A stretch of 64,000 nucleotides of DNA from Paraburkholderia sp. (lineage in GTDB: Bacteria; Pseudomonadota; Gammaproteobacteria; Burkholderiales; Burkholderiaceae), in assembly GCF_035501035.1 (NCBI RefSeq), contig NZ_DATJWR010000325.1, positions 10,841-74,840 of the forward strand, written 5' to 3'. Made by a program: the position numbers and the translations under genes. A model generated the notes under the pieces. It worked only from the letters and a program-made list of their open reading frames with translations, did not search any database and was not told the DNA's origin. Below are positions 19,193-28,751 of the stretch, in pieces (the first letter of the stretch is position 1; every line of letters starts with the position of its first letter).

Positions 19193-19405
19193 AAAGGCGA
19201 GGGGGCCTTGTCAATCAGGTTTTTTGATGCGAAGCGCTCAAGTATACCGGCCCCGCCCATCCCGGCGCGGCTCTTGCGCATATCTGCACGAGGCGCCGCC
19301 AGGGCAACGTATGCGCTAAAGCCGTTATACTGGCCCAGCCGGGAGTGTGGGCGTGGATAGACCGCACTGTACCCGTGCCTGAATTTCACTGTTCCAGAAG
19401 AGCGT

Positions 19406-20014
19406 ATGAAACGTTACTTGACCGCATTTCTCGCCGCCGCCTGTTTCACGGGCGTTTCGAGCGCCGCGTTCGCGCAGTCCTCGCCGGACGCTACCGTCAG
19501 GGCCGCCGTGGAAGGCACCGTGAAGGCGATGCAGGCCGACCCGCAGGCCCGTGGCGGCGACATGAGCAAGATCACGCAGGTGGTCCAGACCCATTTCGTC
19601 CCCGCCACCGACTTTCAGCGCACCACGCGCATCGCCGTCGGCAAGCCGTGGGCGACGGCCACGCCCGAGCAGCAGCAGAAACTGTATGAGCAATTCCAAC
19701 TCCTGCTCGTGAAGACCTACGCATCGTCGCTCTCGCAACTGCGCGATACCCAGGTGAGCTTCAAGTTCCTGCCCTCGAGCACGTCCGCGGGCGCGAAGGA
19801 CACCGTGGTGCAGTCGCATGTCCTCAGCAACGGCGGCGACGACGCGATCGACTACCGTCTCACGCAGACGCCCACTGGCTGGAAGATCTACGACATCAAC
19901 ATGATGGGCGCGTGGCTGATCCAGGTCTACCAGACGCAGTTCGCCGAACAGATCGCCAAGGGCGGCATCGACGGGCTCATCAAGTTCCTTACCGAGCACA
20001 ACGCGCGCAGCTGA
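19406..20014 (+). CDS. hpnM: HpnM / MlaC (Ttg2D)-like periplasmic lipid-binding protein
   Basis: Signal peptide, TDFQRTTRIAVGKPW, WKIYDINMMG, YQTQF; divergent from hpnN. Confidence 0.85.
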   Translation: MKRYLTAFLAAACFTGVSSAAFAQSSPDATVRAAVEGTVKAMQADPQARGGDMSKITQVVQTHFVPATDFQRTTRIAVGKPWATATPEQQQKLYEQFQLLLVKTYASSLSQLRDTQVSFKFLPSSTSAGAKDTVVQSHVLSNGGDDAIDYRLTQTPTGWKIYDINMMGAWLIQVYQTQFAEQIAKGGIDGLIKFLTEHNARS

Positions 20015-20132
20015 TCCGCAACGGGTCTTCAATCGCTGGTTGCACACGCATCCTGCCACTTCGTGCCGCCCCGTGCGCTCGGGCAGAACGCCAGAGCGCA
20101 CGCCATGGTTCGCGGCACGCCGCGTGACCGCC

Positions 20133-20777
20133 TCACTTCCTGCGGTGTTCTACCGCGAACTTGATCAATTCCGCCTGGCCTTCGATCTCGAGCTTGCGCT
20201 TGAGATTGAGCCGGTGCGTTTCCACCGTGCGCACGGAAAGCCCCTCGCGCTGCGCGATCTGCTTGCTCGATAGCCCCTCGGCCAGCGCATCGAGTATGTC
20301 ACGCTCGCGCGGCGTGAGTCGCTCGACAGGCATGCCGCGCGCGGACGCCTCGATCATGCGCGCCCCGAGGCCGGCGCTAAAGTACGTTTTCCCGGCCAGC
20401 ACCGCCTCGATCGCGCGGATGATCTCGGTGGCCGGCGAGTCCTTGAGCACGTAGCCGCTCGCGCCCGCGCGCACGGCCTCGGTCACGTATTCGACGTTGT
20501 CGTGCATGGAGAGCATCAGCACGCGGATGCCGGGAAAGCGCTCGTGGAAGATGCCCGCGAGCGCGATGCCGTTGACGCCGGCCATGCCCACGTCCATCAG
20601 CACGAGATCCGGTTCGAGCGAAGCCGCAAGCGCAATGGCCTCGTCGGCATTGCCGGCTTCGCCCGCGACTTCGAAACACGGCACGGCTTCGAGCCGCGCG
20701 CGCAGGCCGTCGCGCACGAGCGGGTGGTCGTCGACGAGCACGAGGCGCGCGGGTTTGACGGGTTCGTTCACATTCAT
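20133..20777 (-). CDS. NarL/LuxR-family response regulator
   Basis: LVDDHPLVRDGL, VLMDVGM, YVLKD, LTPRERDIL...TVETHRLNL; C-terminal part of the track ORF 20133..21833. Confidence 0.93.
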   Translation of the reverse strand: MNVNEPVKPARLVLVDDHPLVRDGLRARLEAVPCFEVAGEAGNADEAIALAASLEPDLVLMDVGMAGVNGIALAGIFHERFPGIRVLMLSMHDNVEYVTEAVRAGASGYVLKDSPATEIIRAIEAVLAGKTYFSAGLGARMIEASARGMPVERLTPRERDILDALAEGLSSKQIAQREGLSVRTVETHRLNLKRKLEIEGQAELIKFAVEHRRK

Positions 20778-22246
20778 GATGTCGGTATTCCGGGGACGGC
20801 GGCGATCGGGGCCGCGCCGATCGGCACCCAGGCCGTGACGAGCGTGTGGCCGGGCTGCGAGGCGACGTCGAGGCGTCCGCCGAGTGACTCCAGCCGCTCG
20901 CGCATGTTGCGCAGGCCGATGCCTGCGCGCGGGTCGGCGAGGGCGTGCGCGACGTCGAAGCCACGGCCATTGTCGGTGATGCTGAGCGTGACGCCGTTGG
21001 CCGCGACCTCGAGCGTGAGCGCGGCGCGCGCCGCATGTGCATGGCGCACGATATTGGTCAGCGCTTCCTGGGCGATGCGAAACAGCACGGTGTTGACGGC
21101 GTCGGGCAACGCTGCCGCGTGCGCTTTCGTGCGCGGCTTCGGCGCCGTTTGCGTGAAGGCGATCTCGATGCCCGACTGATCGGCGAGTTCGCGTGCGAGC
21201 TGGTCGAGCGCGGCGGCAAGGCCGAGATCGTCGAGCATCGAGGGGCGCAGCGCGTGCGAGATGCGGCGCACTTCGCGCAGCGTGTCGGAGAGACGCGACA
21301 GCCCGGTGGCGAGCGAGGCCTCGGCGGCGCTCACGCGTGTCTCGCCGCGCTCGAAGCGCGCGAGCGCCGATTCGAGCAACAGCTTCACCGACACGAGCAT
21401 CTGGCTGATGCCGTCGTGCAGTTCGCGCGAGAGCCGTGCGCGCTCCTGCTCCTGCGATTCGACCACTTGCTGCGCGAGGCGCTTGAGCTTGGCGTCGGCG
21501 CTGCGGTGCTCGCTCACGTTGAGCACGAGCGCGCCGATCGCGATCACGAGCACGCCCGCGAGCGCGATCACGCTGAGCCATTGCATGGTGCGCTCGATAT
21601 TCGCGGACGCGCGTTCGTCGATGCGCGCGAGCGTCGAATCGACATCGTCGAGATAGATGCCGGTGCCGACCATCCAGCCCCAGCGCGGCAGCGGCACGAC
21701 ATAGCCGAGCTTGGGCGCGAGCTTGCCCGTGGACGGCCGCGTCCACATGTAGCGCACGAAGCCGCCGCCTTGCTGGGCCGCGGAGATCAGTTGCTGGATC
21801 GTGAGCGAACCTTGCGGGTCGCGCAGATTCCACAGGTCCTGGCCAACGAGCCCCGGCTCGCGCGGATGCATGAGCGAGCGGCCGTGCAGGTCATAGACGA
21901 AGAAATAGCCGTCGCGCCCGAAGTCCATCTTCTGCAGCACGGCGAGCGCGGCGCGCTGACGCGCTGCTTCGTCGGCGGGCACCGGCAGCCCCTCGCTCGC
22001 GTTCGCCTGCGGCGCGTAGAGCGGCGCGATGGCGCTCGTGGCCAGATCCACGTAATGACGCAGCTCGATTTCCTTGCTCGACAGGTAGGCGCTTTGCATC
22101 GTCGTATGCTGCGTTCGCGCGAGCAGCGTGGCCTGATGAAGCACGCCAATCCCGATGCCAGCAATGGCGGCGAGGAAAGGCACGACCGCGAGCAGGAAGA
22201 TTTTCGTCTTCAGGCGCCGGTCGGTTGGGAAAAATGGGGCGGGCAT
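20774..22246 (-). CDS. Cache-domain sensor histidine kinase (HisKA_3 type)
   Basis: Two TMs around a single Cache domain (GYFFVYD, MHP, GGGFVRYMW, WGWMVGTGIY), RELHDGISQ, RIAQEALTNIVRHA, DNGRGF; start uncertain. Confidence 0.9.
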   Translation of the reverse strand: MPAPFFPTDRRLKTKIFLLAVVPFLAAIAGIGIGVLHQATLLARTQHTTMQSAYLSSKEIELRHYVDLATSAIAPLYAPQANASEGLPVPADEAARQRAALAVLQKMDFGRDGYFFVYDLHGRSLMHPREPGLVGQDLWNLRDPQGSLTIQQLISAAQQGGGFVRYMWTRPSTGKLAPKLGYVVPLPRWGWMVGTGIYLDDVDSTLARIDERASANIERTMQWLSVIALAGVLVIAIGALVLNVSEHRSADAKLKRLAQQVVESQEQERARLSRELHDGISQMLVSVKLLLESALARFERGETRVSAAEASLATGLSRLSDTLREVRRISHALRPSMLDDLGLAAALDQLARELADQSGIEIAFTQTAPKPRTKAHAAALPDAVNTVLFRIAQEALTNIVRHAHAARAALTLEVAANGVTLSITDNGRGFDVAHALADPRAGIGLRNMRERLESLGGRLDVASQPGHTLVTAWVPIGAAPIAAVPGIPTS

Positions 22247-22639
22247 GGCGGTGTTCGGGTGCTGAGTCTGCAAGCATAACCGGGCGCGGGCGGCGGGCCG
22301 GCAATCCACATCGCACTCGATGACCGGCCGCATGCGGATTCGGAGTATCAAGCTTGTGAAGCCACGATGATATCGGCTCTCCAGCTGGTTCCCTGGGGCC
22401 GTCCATGATCCAGCCGATGCCGATCCTGTCGATCCTGTGGCGCTCGCAGGCACAAAACGGTGCGATCGCAACGAATACCGCAGACGTATTCGACGCATAT
22501 TGGCACGGGCGGCCGGTTCGCATCGCAGTGCGGCGATCGGCCGAGAAGACTATCGACAGCGCCGCTCACCAGTTCGCATTCCTACGTTTGCTGATGCGCT
22601 GGCCGCCATTCCAATACAACCCTTGAACGCACGGCCACC

Positions 22640-22669
22640 TACGTAGTTGTACGTAGATTGCTTACGTAG
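22640..22669. promoter_or_regulatory. Triple TACGTAG repeat upstream of cstA
   Basis: TACGTAG at 22640-22646, 22650-22656 and 22663-22669 in the kinase/cstA divergent region. Confidence 0.6.
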
Positions 22670-22831
22670 TTATCCGGTTGTGCCTTGCGGATTGAAAGCG
22701 AATACTACCGGCCACAGCATGGCGCAATGCGTCATGCCAAGCGCCCCGATCGGCATCCATGCCAGCGGACGGCGCGCCAGGGCCCGGTCCCGATGCCGGG
22801 TGCACAGCCAAAACCATAAACGGGAGACGCC

Positions 22832-24919
22832 ATGAGTCGGGCATCCAGTTTTGTCGTCTGGACGATCGTCGCGCTGCTTGGCGCGTTCGCGTTCGGCACC
22901 ATTGCGCTCGCGCACGGCGAGCGAATCAGCGCATTGTGGATCGTGATCTGCGCCGTGTGCGTCTATCTGATCGCGTATCGCTTCTATAGCCGCTTCATCG
23001 CGAGCGCCGTCCTGCAGCTGGACGGCTTGCGCATGACGCCGGCCGTGCGCCACAACGACGGGCTCGACTTCGTGCCCACCAACAAGTACGTGCTGTTCGG
23101 CCATCACTTCGCGGCGATCGCGGGCGCGGGTCCGCTCGTCGGCCCCGTGCTTGCCGCGCAGATGGGCTACATGCCCGGCATGCTCTGGATTCTCGCGGGC
23201 GTGGTGTTCGCGGGTGCGGTGCAGGATTGCGTGGTGCTGTTCCTCTCCACGCGCCGCGACGGCCGCTCGCTGGGCGACCTCGTGAAGATGGAGCTCGGAC
23301 CGGTGCCGGGCGTGATCGCCCTCTTCGGCACCTTCCTCATCATGGTCATCATTCTCGCAGTGCTCGCGCTGATCGTGGTGAAGGCGCTCACGAACTCGCC
23401 GTGGGGTACGTTCACCGTGGCCGCGACGATTCCCATCGCGCTCTTCATGGGCATTTACGTGCGTTACATTCGCCCGGGCAAGATCGGCGAGATCTCGATC
23501 ATTGGCTTCATCCTGCTGATGGCGTCGATCGCGTTCGGCCAGCACGTGCACGATTCGCCCATGCTCGCCGCTTGGTTCACGTTCACGGGCACGCAGCTCA
23601 CGTGGATCCTGATCGGCTATGGCTTCGTCGCTTCGGTGCTGCCGGTGTGGCTGCTGCTCGCGCCGCGCGATTACCTCTCGACGTTCCTGAAAATCGGCAC
23701 GATCCTCGCGCTCGCGATCGGCATCCTGATCGTCGCGCCGGAACTCAAGATGCCGGCGTTCACGAGGTTCATCGACGGCACGGGTCCGGTGTGGTCGGGC
23801 AACCTCTTCCCGTTCCTCTTCATCACGATCGCTTGTGGAGCGGTCTCGGGCTTCCACGCGTTGATCTCTTCGGGCACGACGCCGAAGCTGCTCGATAACG
23901 AAACCAACGTGCGCTTCATCGGGTACGGCGCAATGCTGATGGAGTCGTTCGTCGCCATCATGGCGCTCGTGGCCGCCTCGGTGATCGAGCCGGGCGTGTA
24001 CTTCGCGATGAACGCGCCGCTTGCCGTGCTCGGCACGACGCCGGACGCCGTTGCGCACACCGTCGGCCAGTGGGGTTTCGTGCTCACGCCCGAGATGCTG
24101 ACGCAAACCGCGCAGGCCGTGGGCGAGACGACCATCGTCGCGCGCGCGGGCGGCGCACCGACGCTGGCCGTGGGCATGGCGCACATCCTGCACCAGGTGG
24201 TGGGCGGCGAAGGGATGATGGCGTTCTGGTATCACTTCGCAATCCTGTTCGAAGCGCTGTTCATCCTGACCGCCGTCGACGCGGGCACGCGTGCGGGTCG
24301 CTTCATGCTGCAGGACCTGCTCGGCACGTTCCATCCTTCGCTCAAGCGCACGGAATCGCTGCCGGCCAACCTGATCGCCACGGCACTGTGCGTGGCGGCC
24401 TGGGGCTACTTCCTCTATCAAGGCGTGGTCGATCCGCTCGGCGGCATCAACACGCTGTGGCCGCTCTTCGGCATCTCGAACCAGATGCTTGCCGGCATCG
24501 CGCTGATGCTCGCCACCGTCGTGCTGTTCAAGATGAAGCGTGAGAAGTTCGCATGGGTCACTGCCCTGCCTACGCTGTGGCTGCTCATTTGCACGCTCAC
24601 CGCGGGCTGGCAGAAGATCTTCGACAGCAACCCGAAGGTGAGCTTCGTCGCGCATGCGCAGAAGCTTTCGGCCGCGATTGCGGAAGGCAAGATCGTCGCG
24701 CCTGCGAAGTCAATCGAGCAGATGCAGCGCATGGTGTTCAACGACTACGTGGATGCCGCGCTCTCGGGCCTCTTTATCTTCGTGGTGGTGAGCATCGTCG
24801 TGTACGGGCTGATCGCGATTGCGCGCGCACGCCGCATCGACCGCCCGACCGCGCAGGAAACGCCTTACGAGGCGATGCCGGCCGGCGGCGCGGCCGTCGC
24901 GGCGCAACGCGTGCATTGA
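22832..24919 (+). CDS. cstA: Carbon starvation protein A family transporter (CstA/BtsT-like)
   Basis: HHFAAIAGAGPLVGP, ITIACGAVSGFH, GGAPTLAVG, LWPLFGISNQMLA. Confidence 0.96.
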   Translation: MSRASSFVVWTIVALLGAFAFGTIALAHGERISALWIVICAVCVYLIAYRFYSRFIASAVLQLDGLRMTPAVRHNDGLDFVPTNKYVLFGHHFAAIAGAGPLVGPVLAAQMGYMPGMLWILAGVVFAGAVQDCVVLFLSTRRDGRSLGDLVKMELGPVPGVIALFGTFLIMVIILAVLALIVVKALTNSPWGTFTVAATIPIALFMGIYVRYIRPGKIGEISIIGFILLMASIAFGQHVHDSPMLAAWFTFTGTQLTWILIGYGFVASVLPVWLLLAPRDYLSTFLKIGTILALAIGILIVAPELKMPAFTRFIDGTGPVWSGNLFPFLFITIACGAVSGFHALISSGTTPKLLDNETNVRFIGYGAMLMESFVAIMALVAASVIEPGVYFAMNAPLAVLGTTPDAVAHTVGQWGFVLTPEMLTQTAQAVGETTIVARAGGAPTLAVGMAHILHQVVGGEGMMAFWYHFAILFEALFILTAVDAGTRAGRFMLQDLLGTFHPSLKRTESLPANLIATALCVAAWGYFLYQGVVDPLGGINTLWPLFGISNQMLAGIALMLATVVLFKMKREKFAWVTALPTLWLLICTLTAGWQKIFDSNPKVSFVAHAQKLSAAIAEGKIVAPAKSIEQMQRMVFNDYVDAALSGLFIFVVVSIVVYGLIAIARARRIDRPTAQETPYEAMPAGGAAVAAQRVH

Positions 24920-24949
24920 ACCGGCCTCAACAACTGAACGGAGCGCATC

Positions 24950-25156
24950 ATGTTCTCGGGACTTCGCGACAACGTGCAGACGGCCGGGCGCTATCTGGGC
25001 CAGGCCATGCGTTTGATGGTCGGTCTGCCGGATTACGAGGGCTACGTCGCGCACATGCGCGCGACGCATCCCGACCAGCCGGTGATGACCTACGAAGCGT
25101 TTTTCCGCGAGCGGCAAAACGCGCGATATGGGGCGGGCGCGGGGAAGTGCTGCTGA
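24950..25156 (+). CDS. YbdD/YjiX family small protein
   Basis: GLPDYEGYVAHMRATHPDQPVMTYEAFFRERQNARYG...KCC; usual partner downstream of cstA. Confidence 0.9.
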   Translation: MFSGLRDNVQTAGRYLGQAMRLMVGLPDYEGYVAHMRATHPDQPVMTYEAFFRERQNARYGAGAGKCC

Positions 25157-25210
25157 GGCTTTTTCCCCGGCCGTTTCGGCAGGACGCACGCGCGTGAGTG
25201 TCCACGCAAG

Positions 25211-25245
25211 GAGCGCAACGGTTCGATAGCCGTTGCGCTCTTTTT
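25211..25245 (+). terminator. Intrinsic terminator after cstA-ybdD
   Basis: GAGCGCAACGG-N8-CCGTTGCGCTC-TTTTT. Confidence 0.75.
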
Positions 25246-25355
25246 CGTTGCGGCCGCGCTTGCGCTTTCGCCGTTCTCGTCGACAGAAAACACAAAGGGC
25301 GCAACGGCCATCACCGTTGCGCCCTTTCTGACCAACCGCTTGAAGCGGAACTGCC

Positions 25356-26507
25356 TCAGCCCGCCGCGACCGTTGCCGGCTTCTTCGTCTTGGCTGCGTT
25401 CTTGATCTCTTCGAGCTTGATCTCGACGTGACGCGAGAACACGTACTCAGCCGGACGCTGGCCATCCAGCGAAATATCCTTCGCGAACGCGCCTTGCGTG
25501 CGCGGACCCGAAAGGGCGACGCGCGCCGCCTTGAGCGGGTGCGCGACCGTGTCCATCACGGCGGTCGCCTCGAAGCCGCAGTGGACCATGCAGTCCGCGC
25601 ACTTCTCGTACTTGCCCGTGCCGTACTTGTCCCAGTCGGTGGTTTCCATTAGTTCCTTGAAGGTCTTCACATAACCTTCGCCGACCAGATAGCACGGCTT
25701 TTGCCAGCCGAACACCGTGCGCGCCGGGTTGCCCCACGGCGTGCACTGGTACGTCTGGTTGCCCGCCAGGAAGTCGAGGAACAGGCTCGACTGGCTGAAC
25801 GACCACTTCTTGCCATTGTTGCCGCGCTTGAAGATCTCGCGGAACAGGTTCTTCGTCTTTTCGCGGTTCAGGAAGTGCTGCTGGTCCGGTGCGCGCTCAT
25901 AGGCATAGCCCGGCGAAACCGTAATGCCGTCGACGCCGATCTCGCCGACCGTGTCGAAGAACTTCGCCACGCGCTCGGGCACGGCGTCGTTGAACAGCGT
26001 GCAATTGATGTTCACGCGGAATCCGCGGCGCTTCGCTTCCTTGATGGCCGCGACGGCCTTGTCGTAGACGCCTTCCTGCGAGACCGAGTGGTCGTGCGCT
26101 TCGCGGTCGCCGTCGAGGTGCACCGACCAGACGAAGTACGGGTTCGGCTCGTAGTCGTCCATCTTCTTTTCCATGAGCAGCGCGTTCGTGCATAGATACA
26201 CGAACTTCTTGCGCGCCATGATGCCCTTCACGATCTCCGGCATTTCCTTGTGCAGCAGCGGCTCGCCGCCCGCGATGGAAACGACCGGCGCGCCGCACTC
26301 GTCCACGGCTTCGAGGCATTCCGCGAGCGACAGGCGCTGGTTCAGGATGGGATCCGGATAGTCGATCTTGCCGCAGCCATTGCAGGCAAGGTTGCAGCGG
26401 AACAGCGGCTCGAGCATGAGCGCGAGCGGGTAGCGTTTGTTGCCGCTGAAATGCTGGCGGAAGATGTACGCCCCAACGCGGACTTTTTGTAGCAGCGGAA
26501 TAGACAA
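25356..26507 (-). CDS. hpnH: Adenosylhopane synthase, radical SAM
   Basis: LEPLFRCNLACNGCGK (CxxxCxxC), AGGEPLLH, CTPWGNP, CADCMVHCG. Confidence 0.95.
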   Translation of the reverse strand: MSIPLLQKVRVGAYIFRQHFSGNKRYPLALMLEPLFRCNLACNGCGKIDYPDPILNQRLSLAECLEAVDECGAPVVSIAGGEPLLHKEMPEIVKGIMARKKFVYLCTNALLMEKKMDDYEPNPYFVWSVHLDGDREAHDHSVSQEGVYDKAVAAIKEAKRRGFRVNINCTLFNDAVPERVAKFFDTVGEIGVDGITVSPGYAYERAPDQQHFLNREKTKNLFREIFKRGNNGKKWSFSQSSLFLDFLAGNQTYQCTPWGNPARTVFGWQKPCYLVGEGYVKTFKELMETTDWDKYGTGKYEKCADCMVHCGFEATAVMDTVAHPLKAARVALSGPRTQGAFAKDISLDGQRPAEYVFSRHVEIKLEEIKNAAKTKKPATVAAG

Positions 26508-26519
26508 AGCGTGTCCTCC

Positions 26520-27464
26520 TTAAACTTCGCGCGCGACGAGCGGTTGCAACAGCTTCGACGGCAGCTTGAATTCGACTTTTTCTTCACGGCCCGCCATCGT
26601 CGACACCTCGACAGGCCCTAACGCGCGCAGCGCGTCAATCACGTTCTCAACCATCTCTTCGGGCGCCGATGCGCCGGCCGTGATGCCAACCGTTTGCGCA
26701 TTGGCGAACCATTCGGCCTTCACTTCCGAGCCGTCCGCGACGAGGTAGCTCTGCACGCCCGTTTCGCTGCCGATCTCGCGCAGGCGATTCGAGTTCGAGC
26801 TGTTCGTCGCGCCCACCACGAGCAGCACTTCCACCAGCTCCGACAGCTCGCGTACCGCCGCCTGGCGGTTCTGCGTCGCGTAGCAGATGTCGCGCGTGTC
26901 CGGGCCGACGATGTCGGTGAACCGCGCGAGCAGCGCGTCGATGATGCCGCGCGTGTCGTCCACCGAAAGCGTGGTTTGCGTCACGTACGCGAGCGGCTTG
27001 TCGAGCGGCAGGTCGAGCTTCGCAACATCGGCCTCGCTCTGCACGAGCAGCACGGTGCCGGGAATCTGGCCAATCGTGCCTTCCACTTCAGGGTGACCGG
27101 CATGGCCGATCAGGATCAGCGTGCGGCCCGCCGCGACATATTGGCGGCCCTGCACGTGAACCTTCGTGACGAGCGGGCAGGTGGCGTCGAGCACGTCGAG
27201 CTCGCGTTCCTCGGCAGCGCGCTCTACGGTCTTCGCCACGCCGTGCGCGCTGAAGATCGCCACGGCGCCTTCGGGCACCTCGTCAAGCTCTTCCACGAAA
27301 CGCGCGCCCTTGTTGCGCAGGTTTTCGACCACATGACGGTTGTGGACGATTTCATGGCGCACGTAGACCGGCGCGCCGTGCTTCTGCAGTGCGCGATCAA
27401 CGATTTCGATAGCGCGGACAACCCCCGCACAAAAGCCGCGGGGTTGGGCAAGGATCACTCGCAT
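26520..27464 (-). CDS. ispH: 4-hydroxy-3-methylbut-2-enyl diphosphate reductase
   Basis: [50 protein letters not shown]. Confidence 0.97.
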   Translation of the reverse strand: MRVILAQPRGFCAGVVRAIEIVDRALQKHGAPVYVRHEIVHNRHVVENLRNKGARFVEELDEVPEGAVAIFSAHGVAKTVERAAEERELDVLDATCPLVTKVHVQGRQYVAAGRTLILIGHAGHPEVEGTIGQIPGTVLLVQSEADVAKLDLPLDKPLAYVTQTTLSVDDTRGIIDALLARFTDIVGPDTRDICYATQNRQAAVRELSELVEVLLVVGATNSSNSNRLREIGSETGVQSYLVADGSEVKAEWFANAQTVGITAGASAPEEMVENVIDALRALGPVEVSTMAGREEKVEFKLPSKLLQPLVAREV

Positions 27465-27878
27465 AAGGTGGCGAACTCCAACTACCGCATATGCGAACGA
27501 ATCGGTAAAAATGACCTGATCGCCGCGGCTGTCTATTTATTAAGGATGCAAAAAATCCGCCAGAAGATGACGGAGTAAAAACCAGACGCGCATTTTAACC
27601 CCTTCGCCGGTCGTTTGCTGCGCGGCGCGCGCCAAGGTGCGGCGCGCACGCGACGGTCGTGCCCGCGCGACTGCCGGTTGGCGCGAGAAAGCCCGCGGCA
27701 TGGCGCCTGGCGGAGCCCGGGCCACGAGGCGCGAAACGCGTGCGGCATGGCCAGAACGAACGTGCTCGAGGCGGGGTGCTTGACGTTGCGCGGTGCAGCA
27801 TAACGCCGGAACCCTTAAAATATCGCGTTCTGCGGCCGCCGGGCTGGCGCCGGAGGATACGACCCCATTCTGGACGCC

Positions 27879-28751
27879 TTGATGGAACCCGACCACTACG
27901 ACGATTTTCCGGTAGCGCGCGTGTTGCTGCCGAAGGCGCTGCGCGCGCCTGTCGGCGTGATCTACCACGTCGCGCGCACGCTCGACGACATCGCGGACGA
28001 AGGCGACTGGAGCCCCGAGGAGCGCCACACGCGCCTCGCCGATTTCCGCGACGGCCTCGACGCCGTGGCTGAAGGCCGCCCGGCGCCTGTGCACCCCATG
28101 CTGTTCGCGAAGCTCGCGGAGGTGGTGCGCGAATGCCGGCTGCCGCTGGCGCCGTTTTACGATCTCGTCGCGGCGTTCGATCAGGACATCGACACGACGC
28201 GCTATGCCGACCGCTTCGAGCTGCTGGACTTCTGCCGGCGCTCGGCGAATCCGGTTGGCCGCTTGATGCTGCATCTGATCGACGAGGCGACGCCTGGCAA
28301 TCTCGCCGATTCCGACGCGATCTGTACCGCCTTGCAGCTCATCACCTTCTTGCAGGACGTGGGCGCCGACTGGCGGCGCGGCCGCATCTACCTGCCGCTC
28401 GCAGACCGCGAGCGCTTCGGCGTGACCGAGCCGAAGATCGCCGCGGGCATGGTGGACGACGCCTGGCGCGCGCTGATGGCGCACGAAGTGGCGCGCGCGC
28501 GTGCGCTCATGGTGAGCGGTGCGCCGCTCGCGCTGCGCGTGCCCGGGCGCTTCGGCCTTGAGCTTTGCAGCGTGGTGCATGGCGGGCTGCGCATGCTCGA
28601 GGTCATCGAGCGCAGCGGCTACGATGTTTTCCGTGCGCGCCCCGCGCTGCGCGCGCCCGACTGGGCCGTGGTGCTCGGGCGCACGGCGGCCATGTGGCTG
28701 TCGCGCCGCGTGGGCGTGAGCGCACCTTCGATCGAGAGTAACAACGCATGA
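27879..28751 (+). CDS. hpnC: Squalene synthase subunit HpnC
   Basis: DHYDDFPVA, DDIADEG, RRSANPVGRLML, ICTALQL, GRIYLP; start TTG 27879 or ATG 27882. Confidence 0.85.
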   Translation: MMEPDHYDDFPVARVLLPKALRAPVGVIYHVARTLDDIADEGDWSPEERHTRLADFRDGLDAVAEGRPAPVHPMLFAKLAEVVRECRLPLAPFYDLVAAFDQDIDTTRYADRFELLDFCRRSANPVGRLMLHLIDEATPGNLADSDAICTALQLITFLQDVGADWRRGRIYLPLADRERFGVTEPKIAAGMVDDAWRALMAHEVARARALMVSGAPLALRVPGRFGLELCSVVHGGLRMLEVIERSGYDVFRARPALRAPDWAVVLGRTAAMWLSRRVGVSAPSIESNNA

